Positions 1-10,872 of a stretch of DNA of 53,271 bases are shown here, one piece after another. The first letter of the stretch is position 1; the number at the start of each line of letters is the position of its first letter. The DNA lies in assembly GCA_963765895.1 (NCBI GenBank), contig CAVXZB010000016.1, forward strand, positions 1-53,271, given 5' to 3'. A model generated the notes under the pieces. The model saw only the letters and a program-made list of their open reading frames with translations. It made no database searches and was not told the origin of the DNA. This DNA comes from an uncultured Nitrososphaeraceae archaeon (GTDB lineage: Archaea > Thermoproteota > Nitrososphaeria > Nitrososphaerales > Nitrososphaeraceae). A program made the translations under genes and the position numbers.

Positions 1-590
1 TGGAATACACTAGTGTATGTAATCCAATTCCAATAGTCTCCAGGGATCGCTATTTGAAGAATATGGTTCGACTCAGTTTATAATATCTCAACTTGAAAAA
101 TAATTCTACTAGTCACAAGACTTATCTTGCCTAATTCCTTTCCTTAGTTTTTAGCCGGCTTACCTAAAAGTGTTAAACCTCATAAAATGGCAAAGTAGTA
201 ATAGATAGTAGCGAGTAATAGAAAGAAGACTTTAGTTTTCCCCCAAACCAAATAGTCTTCCATAAACGCGGCGTGAGTAGGTTTTATGGTCATCCGCTCA
301 CGTCGTGACCGTACATCCCGACATTGGTGATTCTGCACCTAATGGAACATAACTATAGGCAAAGGATTATGAATTCCTGTTTCTAATGCCTTATCTTTTG
401 AGGAAATTCGTTAGCCTCATTAGCAAATAAAGTCAGTTACCATTTCAATCAATGCCAGAAAGCAGTTATTTCTAGTATAAGATCTTAGTAATTAAAGTTA
501 CATTGGACTAAACCAAAAGGAAAGTAGGATAACTAAAATTTAATATCAAATCATGATAAGTTCTGCCTGTAGATAGGTGAATGAATTGAT

Positions 591-782
591 ATGAAACTCA
601 AAGAAAAGGGATTGTTTATCTTGATTGCAATAATTGTAGTCCTGTCGGGAATATTCCTTGGTGCTTATTTCTGGAAAGAACAAAAAAGCAATGAATTGGT
701 AGACAAACATTGTACACCTGCAACTTTTGATTGTGATGGACTTCCTATGCTATGGAAATGTCCACCTGGTGTTAAGCCATAG
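591..782 (+). CDS. small membrane-anchored Cys-containing protein
   Basis: 63-aa ORF; basic N-terminus, one hydrophobic helix (GLFILIAIIVVLSGIFLGAYFW), three Cys in the short C-terminal part. Confidence 0.6.
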   Translation: MKLKEKGLFILIAIIVVLSGIFLGAYFWKEQKSNELVDKHCTPATFDCDGLPMLWKCPPGVKP

Positions 783-807
783 TTGATGTATGGAATATAA
801 ATCCAGA

Positions 808-1330
808 CTATTGTAGGTTCTGGATATGTACAATGTTGCAATTCTGCGTTTGTCCTGCAGCTATAGTGCCAGTCCAAGTAAGAGAATTTCTGCCAGATGA
901 CTTACAATCGCCACTAAAACCTACTCTGTTGGGATTTAATAGTGTATGATCAGTTACAGTGTAATTTCCTGCACCTAATGTAACAGACTGGCTATGTCCA
1001 TCTGTAATAAGAAATGTACGTGGTTGCGGGTTATTGCCTGTTATCGTTATATTAGTTTGACCAATGTTGCTGTCGCAAGTTCCAAACTGATTTACACAGT
1101 TATAGGCAACATCCAAAGTTGCGCTTGAGTCTGTGTTTGGTGTCGTAGAGGGTTGTGTTGGAGTTGACCCGCTCACTTCAATTGCTGGATTTGCGTTTTG
1201 GACAGTTGTCGGTGTTGTGACACAGTGCCGCCACAATTACCGTTACTTATCATATTATCGTTGGTATTAGAATTAGATACTGGGTTTAGACAGGAATTGC
1301 TAACAGATGCTGCTTGACTAACATCGGACT
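808..1330 (-). pseudogene. secreted Ser/Thr/Asn-rich protein, 5'-truncated and frameshifted
   Basis: ORF 808..1236 has a Cys-bounded beta-rich domain; an upstream frame reads DVSQAASVSNSCLNPVSNSNTNDNMISNGNCGGTVSQ and stops near 1330 with no start or signal peptide. Confidence 0.5.
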
Positions 1331-1408
1331 AAAAGACTACAAGAGATATTTTATCTAATGTGTTCTTATCGGTAACCTACTTAGGCTACACAAAGATAGT
1401 CGCTTCAT

Positions 1409-2420
1409 CTAATTACCAGTTGTAAGTACACATCTAAACCTCGCTTTTCCACTCATCATATGATCATATGCCTCTGCGGCGCGCTCTAATGGAAAGACTT
1501 CATTCATAGACTTTACACCAGAGAGAACACTAAATGAGAGTGTGTCTTGAGAGTCAATCGACGTACCAGATGGCCAACCTATCAATGATCGACGTCCTAA
1601 TATCAATGGAGTTAGAGGCACTTGAATTGGCTCATCAGAAGCTCCAATTATGACGAGTTTCCCATTAACGGCAAGACCTCCAAAGATTTCAGTCATCGCC
1701 TTTCCACTTGGAACAGTTGCAAGTATCACTTTAGCTCCTCCTAGCTTGTTAAGTTCTTCGACTGCATTCTGTGACCGGTTATCAATGTATTGGCTTGCAC
1801 CCAACTTTTTCACTAGTTCTTCTTCACCCTTTCCTCTTGCAATAGCGATGGTTCTAAAACCCATCTTGGCCGCAAATTGAACACCTAAATGTCCAAGTCC
1901 TCCTATTCCAAATATAGCAACTACATCGCCTGCACGCGCTCCACTATTCCGAAGAGCGTTATATGTAGTAATACCAGCACACATAAGTGGTGCAGCTTCT
2001 ATAGCTGAAAGCTGCTCGGGAACTAATGCCACAGCTTCCATAGGTGCTATCACATAATCGGCATATTCACCATCGTATGAAATGCCGGGTACCTGTGCGT
2101 ATTTACATGTAATAAAATCCCCGCGCCGGCATGATTCACAATGTCCACAATGACCCCCATGCCATCCTACAGCTACTCTCTGCCTAGGTTCCCACTGAGT
2201 GATGTCTTTGCCCACTTTATCTATGACTCCTGCAATTTCATGACCAGGAACCCTTGGATATTGTATACCTGGGAATAATCCTTCCTTAGTTAAGGAATCA
2301 CTATGACATATGCCGCATGCTTGTACCTTTATACGAACTTGCCGTGCACCAGGTTCTGGAATATCTTTTTCTATGATTTCTAAAGCTCCTTTAGGCTTGG
2401 AAACTTGTACCTGATCTCAT
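1409..2420 (-). CDS. Zn-dependent alcohol dehydrogenase (MDR family); 1-bp frameshift just after the start codon
   Basis: Frame stays open upstream of 2215 (VQVSKPKGALEIIEKDIPEPG...CGICHSD...PGHE); structural Zn motif CGHCESCRRGDFITC and GIGGLG; ATG at 2420 is off-frame by one extra G. Confidence 0.9.
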
Positions 2421-2431
2421 ATTCTTGTCTC

Positions 2432-2835
2432 CTTAAGTATTCGGAAACTTCTCCCCAAAGATGAAGGCCGCTCTTTGACTGCTCCTGGGTAGCTTCGTCT
2501 TGGATCACGTCCCAGTGCTCGACCAGAATTCCATCTTCTATACGAACGATGTCGGCTGCAATCCAGTTCACAGGCTGGCCGAAGCCAGAAAACCGTCCAT
2601 GGACGATTACGAAATCTCCATCGGCCACTATCGTTCCCGGTTCATACTTCAGTGTTGGTGGGATGCTCTTAATGAGGTTAAACAGGCTCTCGCGACCAGG
2701 CGCGATGTGAGCACTGTGCTGGATGTATTTTGGCGACCAGTAGCGCTCAGCTGCTATGTAGTCATGTTGGTTGAACAGCGTATCGAAAGCTTCAAGGACA
2801 AGTTCTTTGTTTTTCTCTTCAATTTGCTTGCTCAT
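2432..2835 (-). CDS. SnoaL-like / NTF2-family protein
   Basis: MSKQIEEKNKELVLEAFDTLFN...YIQHS...ADIVRIEDGILVEHWDVIQ pattern; probable C-terminal frameshift (alternative frame ends IFGEKFPNT*). Confidence 0.85.
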
Positions 2836-2874
2836 TGTAATTGTTCTCCCCCGAAAGGCTATCAAGCTTTGACG

Positions 2875-3633
<759 letters not shown>

Positions 3634-3908
3634 AATTATTTATTCGTATTGGTAGGTCTTAAGTTTGTACGGGTTGTTCGGCTAGACACTTATTATACCA
3701 TGATTAGTGACGTAGAGCATCATGCCGGTGATTCGGGACGAGCTCGGACTAGCCAAAAAAGACGATCCCTGTCACAATCTCCTTAGCGCCTCATGAAGTC
3801 ATTTTTATTCACAAATGTTTCTATGGTAGAGGAGGTCATAAAGTTTGTATCAGACACACACATTTCAATTTTTCGTTCTCATAATTCATAGTGTATCCTT
3901 TCTGGAGA

Positions 3909-4328
3909 CTATACATTTCCAGGATATAACCAACTTCGCAGCAAACGATTCGCAATAGGGAGTGCAAAATAAGTAAGTAAAACAACTAGTATTGCAGTAT
4001 AAATTATGGCATTACCAAGAATTGGCCACTGTCCTATGAAAGGATTAAGAATAGATCGTGATATAGAGATAATAGCGTACGCAGCAAAGAAGATGACAAT
4101 AGCCATTTTCCATCTAGGTGGTGCTGATTGACTGAGAGTTTCAAAGTCTGGTAATGTAAACCACGTTTCCAAACCAGTGGATGTATCATAATGTCGTGTA
4201 GAATAATCATTTGCTTCCTTTAGTAGTCTTAGTAATTCTTCTGAATTATCCCATCTTTCCATTGCAGCTTTATCTGCAAAACGATGGATGATATACTGAA
4301 GAGACTGAAAAGTGTCTATTAGTACCAA
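3909..4328 (-). pseudogene. ABM (antibiotic biosynthesis monooxygenase)-domain membrane protein, N-terminally truncated
   Basis: TGLETWF...PPRWKMAIV motif plus two TM helices; first half of the ABM domain is missing. Confidence 0.65.
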
Positions 4329-4438
4329 ATGTGCAGCTCGCCAAATCTAAACACTTCCTAAAATGAGGCAACATCCGTATAGACTACACATGCACTCCTC
4401 AATTGAGTGTTAACCGCAGGAGTTCAACAAAAGCCTGT

Positions 4439-5005
4439 CTACTTATTTTGCAGCCTTAAAGTCCAGTCTACAAGATTCTGAAGTAATTGTTTCAAGAATT
4501 TCTTTGCATTCTCATCAGTTAGCTTGCCATTTGAATCAAATTTATCCTGTGCAAATGGGAGTATTACTTCAGGCCCATTTACTGGATACATGTTTAGAAA
4601 TACAAAGGTCTGACGTAAATGATACTGTGCTCTAGCACCTCCCAACATTCCTACAGATGCGCTTATTATGGCTGCTGGCTTTCCGTCAAATGCATTATCT
4701 CCATATGGCCTAGATGCCCAATCTATCGCATTTTTTAACACTCCTGGCAATGAATAATTATATTCTGGAGTTGCAATTAGAATGGCATCTGCATTCCTTA
4801 TTTTCGATTTGAATTCTTTTACTTTTATCGGCATATCTTTTTCAATATCTTGATTGAATAGAGGGATGCCATCAATATCAAAAATTTCCAGAGAAACATT
4901 TTCTGGTAACAGGTCTATAGCAGCACGCAGAAGAGCTTTATTATAAGAACCAACTCTTAGACTTCCTGCGAATCCGAGAATTTTTAGCTTATTGATGCTT
5001 TCCAA
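4439..5005 (-). CDS. NAD(P)H-dependent FMN reductase (ChrR/YieF family)
   Basis: GSLRVGSYN, TPEYNYSLPGVLKNAIDWASRP and GGARAQYHLRQ motifs. Confidence 0.93.
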   Translation of the reverse strand: MESINKLKILGFAGSLRVGSYNKALLRAAIDLLPENVSLEIFDIDGIPLFNQDIEKDMPIKVKEFKSKIRNADAILIATPEYNYSLPGVLKNAIDWASRPYGDNAFDGKPAAIISASVGMLGGARAQYHLRQTFVFLNMYPVNGPEVILPFAQDKFDSNGKLTDENAKKFLKQLLQNLVDWTLRLQNK

Positions 5006-5062
5006 TTGGTTTATCTACCAGTTTAATAATTTTGAACTAGATAATGGTTATGTTATTTTGAA

Positions 5063-5518
5063 TTGTCTAGTCATTATAACGTGCTAGAGAAAATCTTTAC
5101 TTCAATGGCAAATCTCCTTTTCTTTTTTGAGTGCATATCGAAATATCCAGTTCTCGAGGAACTTTTCGAAGATGACATTCAAGATTTGCTAGGAATAAGA
5201 CGTAGCAATCCGCAACAGCAAGTCAGTGGTTACATTTTTGCTAGATTATTGTATTCGATCTTATTTGTTCAGAAAAACAATAATGAAGATGATTTCAGAT
5301 TGACAGTGAATAATCTTCTTCAACAAGTCGTGAGAAACAAGGTAAAACAGAACCTAAGAAGTGTACTTGTCACCGATGATGCATGTAATGCAGCAATCGC
5401 AGATTTCGACAGAGCGATAGCATGGACTGGAATGTTGGCGGTCAAGTTTAATGTAAAGAGTGATCTGCCAGATAGAACATTAGAGTTTGATAGTGACGAA
5501 TTGCTGAAATCGAAGTAG
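5063..5518 (+). CDS. hypothetical protein
   Basis: 151-aa ORF with normal composition, convergent with the integrase. Confidence 0.5.
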   Translation: MSSHYNVLEKIFTSMANLLFFFECISKYPVLEELFEDDIQDLLGIRRSNPQQQVSGYIFARLLYSILFVQKNNNEDDFRLTVNNLLQQVVRNKVKQNLRSVLVTDDACNAAIADFDRAIAWTGMLAVKFNVKSDLPDRTLEFDSDELLKSK

Positions 5519-5521
5519 ATT

Positions 5522-6776
5522 TCATTTTTGTTTCTTGATTGATTCAATCTCCTGCATAACCTTGTTTAACTGGTCCGATAGATTGGCTATGGCATCTGTA
5601 TTTACTAAATCCCGCTGGCGAAGCAACTTGATCTCTTCTTCTTTTTCTGATAATTTTCCTTTGATGACAAAATTCTCTTCTGTACTTTTTTCTGTAAGTT
5701 CTTCGATCTTCTTCTGCAAGATATTATTCTCTGTATTTATGCTCAGCAGGGGAACTGCCTTTAGATAGTCCTGAAGGACTTCTTGTTCTGTGGGCCTCCA
5801 ATAAGATTCTGATACACCGATATCATGTCCCATCAAAATTTCTACATTAGCAGGTCGCATGACCTGTTCTGCTCTTGATTTGTAAAACTTACGATATCCG
5901 TGCGCACCTTTCCATTCATGACGTTTTTTTCTGATGGGAGGGTTTGTCTGAGTCCCTGTTCCCATAAGGCACGATCTAGTAATCCTTTGATTGCAATGCT
6001 TTGCAATTTTTTAGGATTAGTAGCAAGGCCTCGTCTTGCTCCATAGTTCATATTCGTCGTCTGCCACAAGTCTCGCATAAGCCATGATTCCTCAGTTATT
6101 GTCTCGCCGTATGAAGAACGAAAATCCATCCAGTCTTTGATTGCCTTATATGCTTCTGGAGTAACGAATGTATAATATTCTTCGGGCTCATCGGCATAGA
6201 TGAGTAACCTAGCAGCAATAATTTTCCCTTCATCATCAGTTATTGGGGTCACATTTTTCCATTGCAAATAATCCCATGCCCCTAATCTGAAACCTCCCGA
6301 AGCCATAGCATAGGCTATAGCCTTGATCCGCCGGTCTGGGTATTCAATCAATTTGCGGATTTCCTCTATTGTTGGTGCCCTGTCATTAGATGAATTCTTT
6401 GCTCTTGGCAACCCTATGGCAATTCTTCTCCAATTTAGCGTCAAGTCATTCATCTCACAAAACAGTTTGGCAGATCTATAGTTATTTTTAAGAGTACCAG
6501 CGGGCTAATTCTTTACGTCTGACTCTTTCCTTGTGGGAGTCGAGAAATTTTATAATACTATCTCGTGCCCAATGTACACCCCTCTCTTTTGTCTTATTAA
6601 GAAATTCAATGGCCTGTTCTTGTATCGAACCGGATAGTTTAAGATAGTCAAATAGCATTTTCAATCTTTTTGGGTACTGTCTTCTTGCCTCAAGATTTCA
6701 ATGCATACATAAACGCGTATAATGGATCTTCCTTTGGAAGTTCTGGGGCCTGACTAATTACGGATTGTGTACTCAA
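5522..6776 (-). mobile_element. tyrosine recombinase/integrase (thaumarchaeal type), several frameshifts
   Basis: N-terminus EDPLYAFMYALK...RQYPKRLK from TTG 6776; DRAPTIEEIRKLIEYPDRRIK; catalytic R (GFRLGAW), HGYRK, LMGH, SYWR; coiled-coil tail. Confidence 0.88.
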
Positions 6777-6821
6777 TTACCTATTATAACAAACCGGGTG
6801 GTAATAAAGAGACAACTTTGA

Positions 6822-6840
6822 TGCGGGTTCGGTGGGATTC
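6822..6840 (-). other. tRNA 3'-end-like fragment, candidate att site
   Basis: Minus strand reads GAAT-CCCAC-CGAACCC-G-CA (T-loop end, T-stem 3' half, acceptor 3' strand, discriminator), about 45 bp before the integrase start. Confidence 0.5.
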
Positions 6841-7288
6841 TGTCCCCGCATGTAAAGGGGTTCGGTTGTTTCGTTATTTAGCTTTTTTCTTCGCTCTATG
6901 AAACTTGTCAAAATGAAAAAGCCGCCTTTCACATTTTATGGCACAAAAACTATAAACCATTATAAATTTTATGGGAAAGCTTTGATAATAAAGTTCAAGT
7001 CTTTGAGGACAATGTAGAGCAAATAGAGGGGATTTTTTGATTCGTCTAAACGTTGATCTATATTATTCTAAGGATCCCAAGGCGCTTTGACAACCTAGTA
7101 ATTGGCGTATGGGCCCCTAAATTGTACTCTAGAGAGGCCTGTCTTTGGTCGAAAATAGACCATTATTTCTTTCTTATAAAAGTACAAAAGAGGGGATAAC
7201 TCAGCTGGTTTGCGAATATCTTTCTCTCGTGTATGAGTGAATCTTTTCACTAAGTAATTGGAATCAGCCACATACGATCATTAAAAAT

Positions 7289-8446
7289 ATGAGGTTGAAC
7301 ATTTCAGACAGGCTCTGTTTAGGAATACTTGTCATGATCATCTTAGTACTTGTATTCCTCGTGTCTCAACTAATATGTTCCGCTCAGGCTGCCTCACCAG
7401 TCTTTACTCGTCATTACATGAAAGACGGTCTGTTTGATTGGTTAGATGTTAATAGGCGCACGAAGACTGTACAGGGTGAACCTGCTACAGATCTCGTGGG
7501 TGTAAGCTATTTTAGTAATGGACAAACCTTGAATTCCACGGTTTGGGTTCTGGCTCCGTTTATCAGACAACCTACTCAATATGATGCCTTGAATTACGGT
7601 ATCATGGTTGATTCTGATTATGACAAGACAACTGGAGTTGGTGGTGTCGACTATCAACTTGAAGTGAGTTGGAAAAACAAAACCAAAACATGGGATAAGA
7701 CGCTTACAGAGTGGTCAACTTCCGGACGCAGTAAACTGTTAGTTGAAAATCGAAACTACACGGGCTTCTACCATAATGGATCTTATTATGTGTCGTTACC
7801 ACTAGAGTTATCGACCATTCTATTTCCTAATAAATATAGGGTTGCATTTTATGCCGAGTCACAAAAAGGTGGGAGGCTAACTACCGATTTTAGTAACTGG
7901 ATAAACATTCCACCAGCAAATCTAGCAATCACAACATCTCCTAACCCTATTGTCCTAAGGCAGGGAGAACAAAAAACGGTTGAAGTACGTTTGAATTCTA
8001 CACAAGGGTTTGAACCCTTAGTTCATCTATCAATAAATAATGTTCCAGGTTTAAATATGACTTTTAAATATACGGCAATACAGATAACCTCCCAGGGATT
8101 TACCAGTGTTCCACTAAAAATAACTGCGTCTAATACTGTCTCCCCTTCGCCCTATACTCTATTGTTATCTACAAATTCCAGTTATCCAACGGCTGAGTTT
8201 ATTGGGGCTAGTGTACCGAACTCAGGATTACCAGGAAAAAGTCTACCTGACTACCTGACCCCGAAGGAAGAGAATTCGGCTAGTCGAACGGTTCTAGTAG
8301 TAACGATACAGGACGCGTTATCGAATATAGATCGAATAAGTGATTTTTGGAACAAGTTAGGGTCGCCGATATCATTTGTATATGGCATAGCAGCTGGTCT
8401 TTCACCTTGGATCTTCAGCGTAGTAAAGCGAAAATTAAAGAGATAA
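7289..8446 (+). CDS. secreted / membrane-anchored beta-rich protein
   Basis: Signal peptide ending AQA, Ig-like beta-rich region, C-terminal hydrophobic anchor followed by KRKLKR. Confidence 0.8.
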   Translation: MRLNISDRLCLGILVMIILVLVFLVSQLICSAQAASPVFTRHYMKDGLFDWLDVNRRTKTVQGEPATDLVGVSYFSNGQTLNSTVWVLAPFIRQPTQYDALNYGIMVDSDYDKTTGVGGVDYQLEVSWKNKTKTWDKTLTEWSTSGRSKLLVENRNYTGFYHNGSYYVSLPLELSTILFPNKYRVAFYAESQKGGRLTTDFSNWINIPPANLAITTSPNPIVLRQGEQKTVEVRLNSTQGFEPLVHLSINNVPGLNMTFKYTAIQITSQGFTSVPLKITASNTVSPSPYTLLLSTNSSYPTAEFIGASVPNSGLPGKSLPDYLTPKEENSASRTVLVVTIQDALSNIDRISDFWNKLGSPISFVYGIAAGLSPWIFSVVKRKLKR

Positions 8447-9264
8447 TGGAAGATGCTTCTCCTCTAAAGTCAAGGGCTGAAGCTGTCAGCATTTATTAAA
8501 AACTACAGAACAGATGATTAATGTCTTACTATGCGAAATTCGACCAGTAAATGCAAGAGCAAGTAGTAAAGCCCTGTCCTTACCCAGCACTTTGGGATGA
8601 AAGTGCTATCTTAACCATTGGTCGCCATACTTGTCCACAATCCAATGCCAATGTTTTCTGCATATTAGAGCCGCGTGGCTAATTGATGGGAGTATAAATT
8701 GCTGTTGATAATTTGTTTTGATTTGCGTTTTTTCTATCATGGGGTTTTAAAAAATCTTGAACACATGGGATAATAATTTTAGTAATGAATTTAATATCCA
8801 ATATTGGATCAACTAATTTAAAAAATTACCTATCAAAAAGTCATAGCCCTATATCTAAACCTGGGGCAACCTCAGAAATGGTATTCGAAGATGAAATATC
8901 AATTACAAGCAAAGGTAAAATGTAACAGACGAACTTGAAAATGACTTAGTAATATGACATCTCATAAAATGGTAATATTGAAGTATATTTATCTGGATGA
9001 TGTGATTTAACCTATGGCGATAAAAAAATTATTATATATAATTATCCATAGAGAGAGAATCGAATTTGGTGAGGTTTTTTCGCAAGGATGTGCAGAACTT
9101 GACAATGACTGTAAAAAGATTTTACCAGTAACTGATTACATTGCGCTTTTTATGATTTGCATGTCTTTGAGTCATAATCGGTCATGGATTAATTCCTCCA
9201 AACTGGGCCCTGACATGTATCAAATTCTACCACAAATTTGGAAAGCTTTTATCTTGGAGCAATA

Positions 9265-10859
9265 ATGAAGTTATTTGAGAAGATCTTTCTACTAGCCTTT
9301 TCAAGACCCAGAAGAAATCCTGTACTTTCTATGTTATCATATGTAGGATTAGCTATCATTTTGATTGGATCAATTTCCGATCGTGTACCGATGAGTTTTG
9401 GACAAGCAGATGGTGGTGGTGACGTAGGTGGTAATGGTGGTGACGTAGGTGGTAATGGTGGTGACGTAGGTGGTAATGGTGGTGACGTAGGTGGTAATGG
9501 TGGTGACGTAGGTGGTAATGGTGGTGACGTAGGTGGTAATGGTGGTGACGTAGGTGGTAATGGTGGTGACGTAGGTGGTAATGGTGGTGACGTAGGTGGT
9601 AATGGTGTAGACATTAGTTCGGAAAAGGATAAGACACAATGTGAACTAGGGCGCCATTATGATGCCGATAGAGAAAAGTGCGTACGTGATAGGTCAGAAG
9701 AGTGTCCTGATGGTTCGCATCCGGATGGTGGTGTTTGTCCGAAGTGTCCTGATGGTTCGCCCCGTGGTATTGACGGTTGTATTGTCCTGATGGTTCGCAT
9801 CCGGATGGTGGTGTTTGTCCGAAGTGTCCTGATGGTTCGCCCCGTGGTACTGACGGTTGTACTTGTCCTGATGGTTCGCCCCGGTACTGACGGTTGTACT
9901 TGTCCTGATGGTTCGCATCCGGATGGTGGTGTTTGTCCGAAGTGTCCTGATGGTTCGCCCCGTGGTACTGACGGTTGTACTTGTCCTGATGGTTCGCATC
10001 CGGATGGTGGTGTTTGTCCGAAGTGTCCTGATGGTTCGCCCCGTGGTACTTGTACTGATGGTTGCCCCGTGGTACTACTTGTCCTGATGGTTCGCATCCG
10101 GATGGTGGTGTTTGTCCGAAGTGTCCTGATGGTTCGCCCCGTGGTACTGACGGTTGTACTTGTCCTGATGGTTCGCATCCGGATGGTGGTGTTTGTCCGA
10201 AGTGTCCTGATGGTTCGCCCCGTGGTACTGACGGTTGTACTTGTCCTGATGGTTCGCATCCGGATGGTGGTGTTTGTCCGAAGTGTCCTGATGGTTCGCC
10301 CCGTGGTACTGACGGTTGTACTTGTCCCCCCGGTGCACATCTAACGTCTGACGGTTGTAAATGTCTCGGGGATGCGCAATTTAGTCCAGAAGGTTGTACT
10401 TGTCCGAAGGGTGAACAGCCTACTCCAGAAGGTTGTACTTGTCCGAAGGGTGAACAGCCTACTCCAGAAGGTTGTACTTGTCCGAAGGGTGAACAGTTAG
10501 ATTCTGATACAAGTTGTGGCAACGCCCCATCATGTGCAAATCATTCAGTGATGACTCTTGACGATAAATCCTCATGTATAAAAATTCTGGTCTATGATTC
10601 CAATGGGGACAGGATAGGATCTGCTGCCGCAGGAGGAAATCTTAGAGTAAAATTGGTGCAAAGTAACTCTGTTATTGTAAGATTTGTTCCCATGGTAGAA
10701 GGCTGTTCAGTGAAGGTAGACAATATTGAGTCCTCAGTTAGTGACGGGTCAGCTGGAGTTAACAACAGGAATCCGAGCAGTTATTGGATCAAGATGAATA
10801 GCGGTAATCCTAATCCTGAGATTCTCAAATATCATGTGAGGTGTATTACAGGATCGTGA
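9265..10859 (+). CDS. secreted Gly-rich and Cys-rich tandem-repeat protein (frame broken inside the repeats)
   Basis: N-terminal hydrophobic segment, (GGDVGGN)9, about seven CPDGSHPDGGVCPKCPDGSPRGTDGCT units, three PEGCTCPKGEQ units and a unique C-terminal domain; ORFs 9238..10344 and 10062..10859 join into one gene. Confidence 0.8.
9415..9603 (+). repeat. perfect 21-bp tandem repeat x9
   Basis: ggtggtgacgtaggtggtaat x9 encoding GGDVGGN. Confidence 0.97.
9703..10322 (+). repeat. 81-bp tandem repeat, about seven units plus partial units
   Basis: Units start at 9703, 9783, 9901, 9982, 10080, 10161, 10242; half-unit at 9864-9900; scrambled junction at 10051-10079. Confidence 0.95.
10385..10496 (+). 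repeat. 39-bp tandem repeat, about three units
   Basis: tccagaaggttgtacttgtccgaagggtgaacag repeated with 39-bp period. Confidence 0.9.
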
Positions 10860-10872
10860 GGTTTCAATTCAT

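Noticed and set aside
9783-10344. Hydrophobic VLMVRIRMVVFV repeats in ORF 9238..10344
   Set aside because: Off-frame reading of the CPDGS repeats caused by indels
9415-10496. Tandem repeats as a CRISPR array
   Set aside because: No unique spacers, unit lengths are multiples of three, they encode a coherent protein, and no cas genes are present
9249-10522. Minus-strand repeat ORFs (PPTSPPL, TTITTYV, GQVQPS, RTIRT)
   Set aside because: Antisense shadows of the repeats; only the + strand has a signal segment and unique flanking domains
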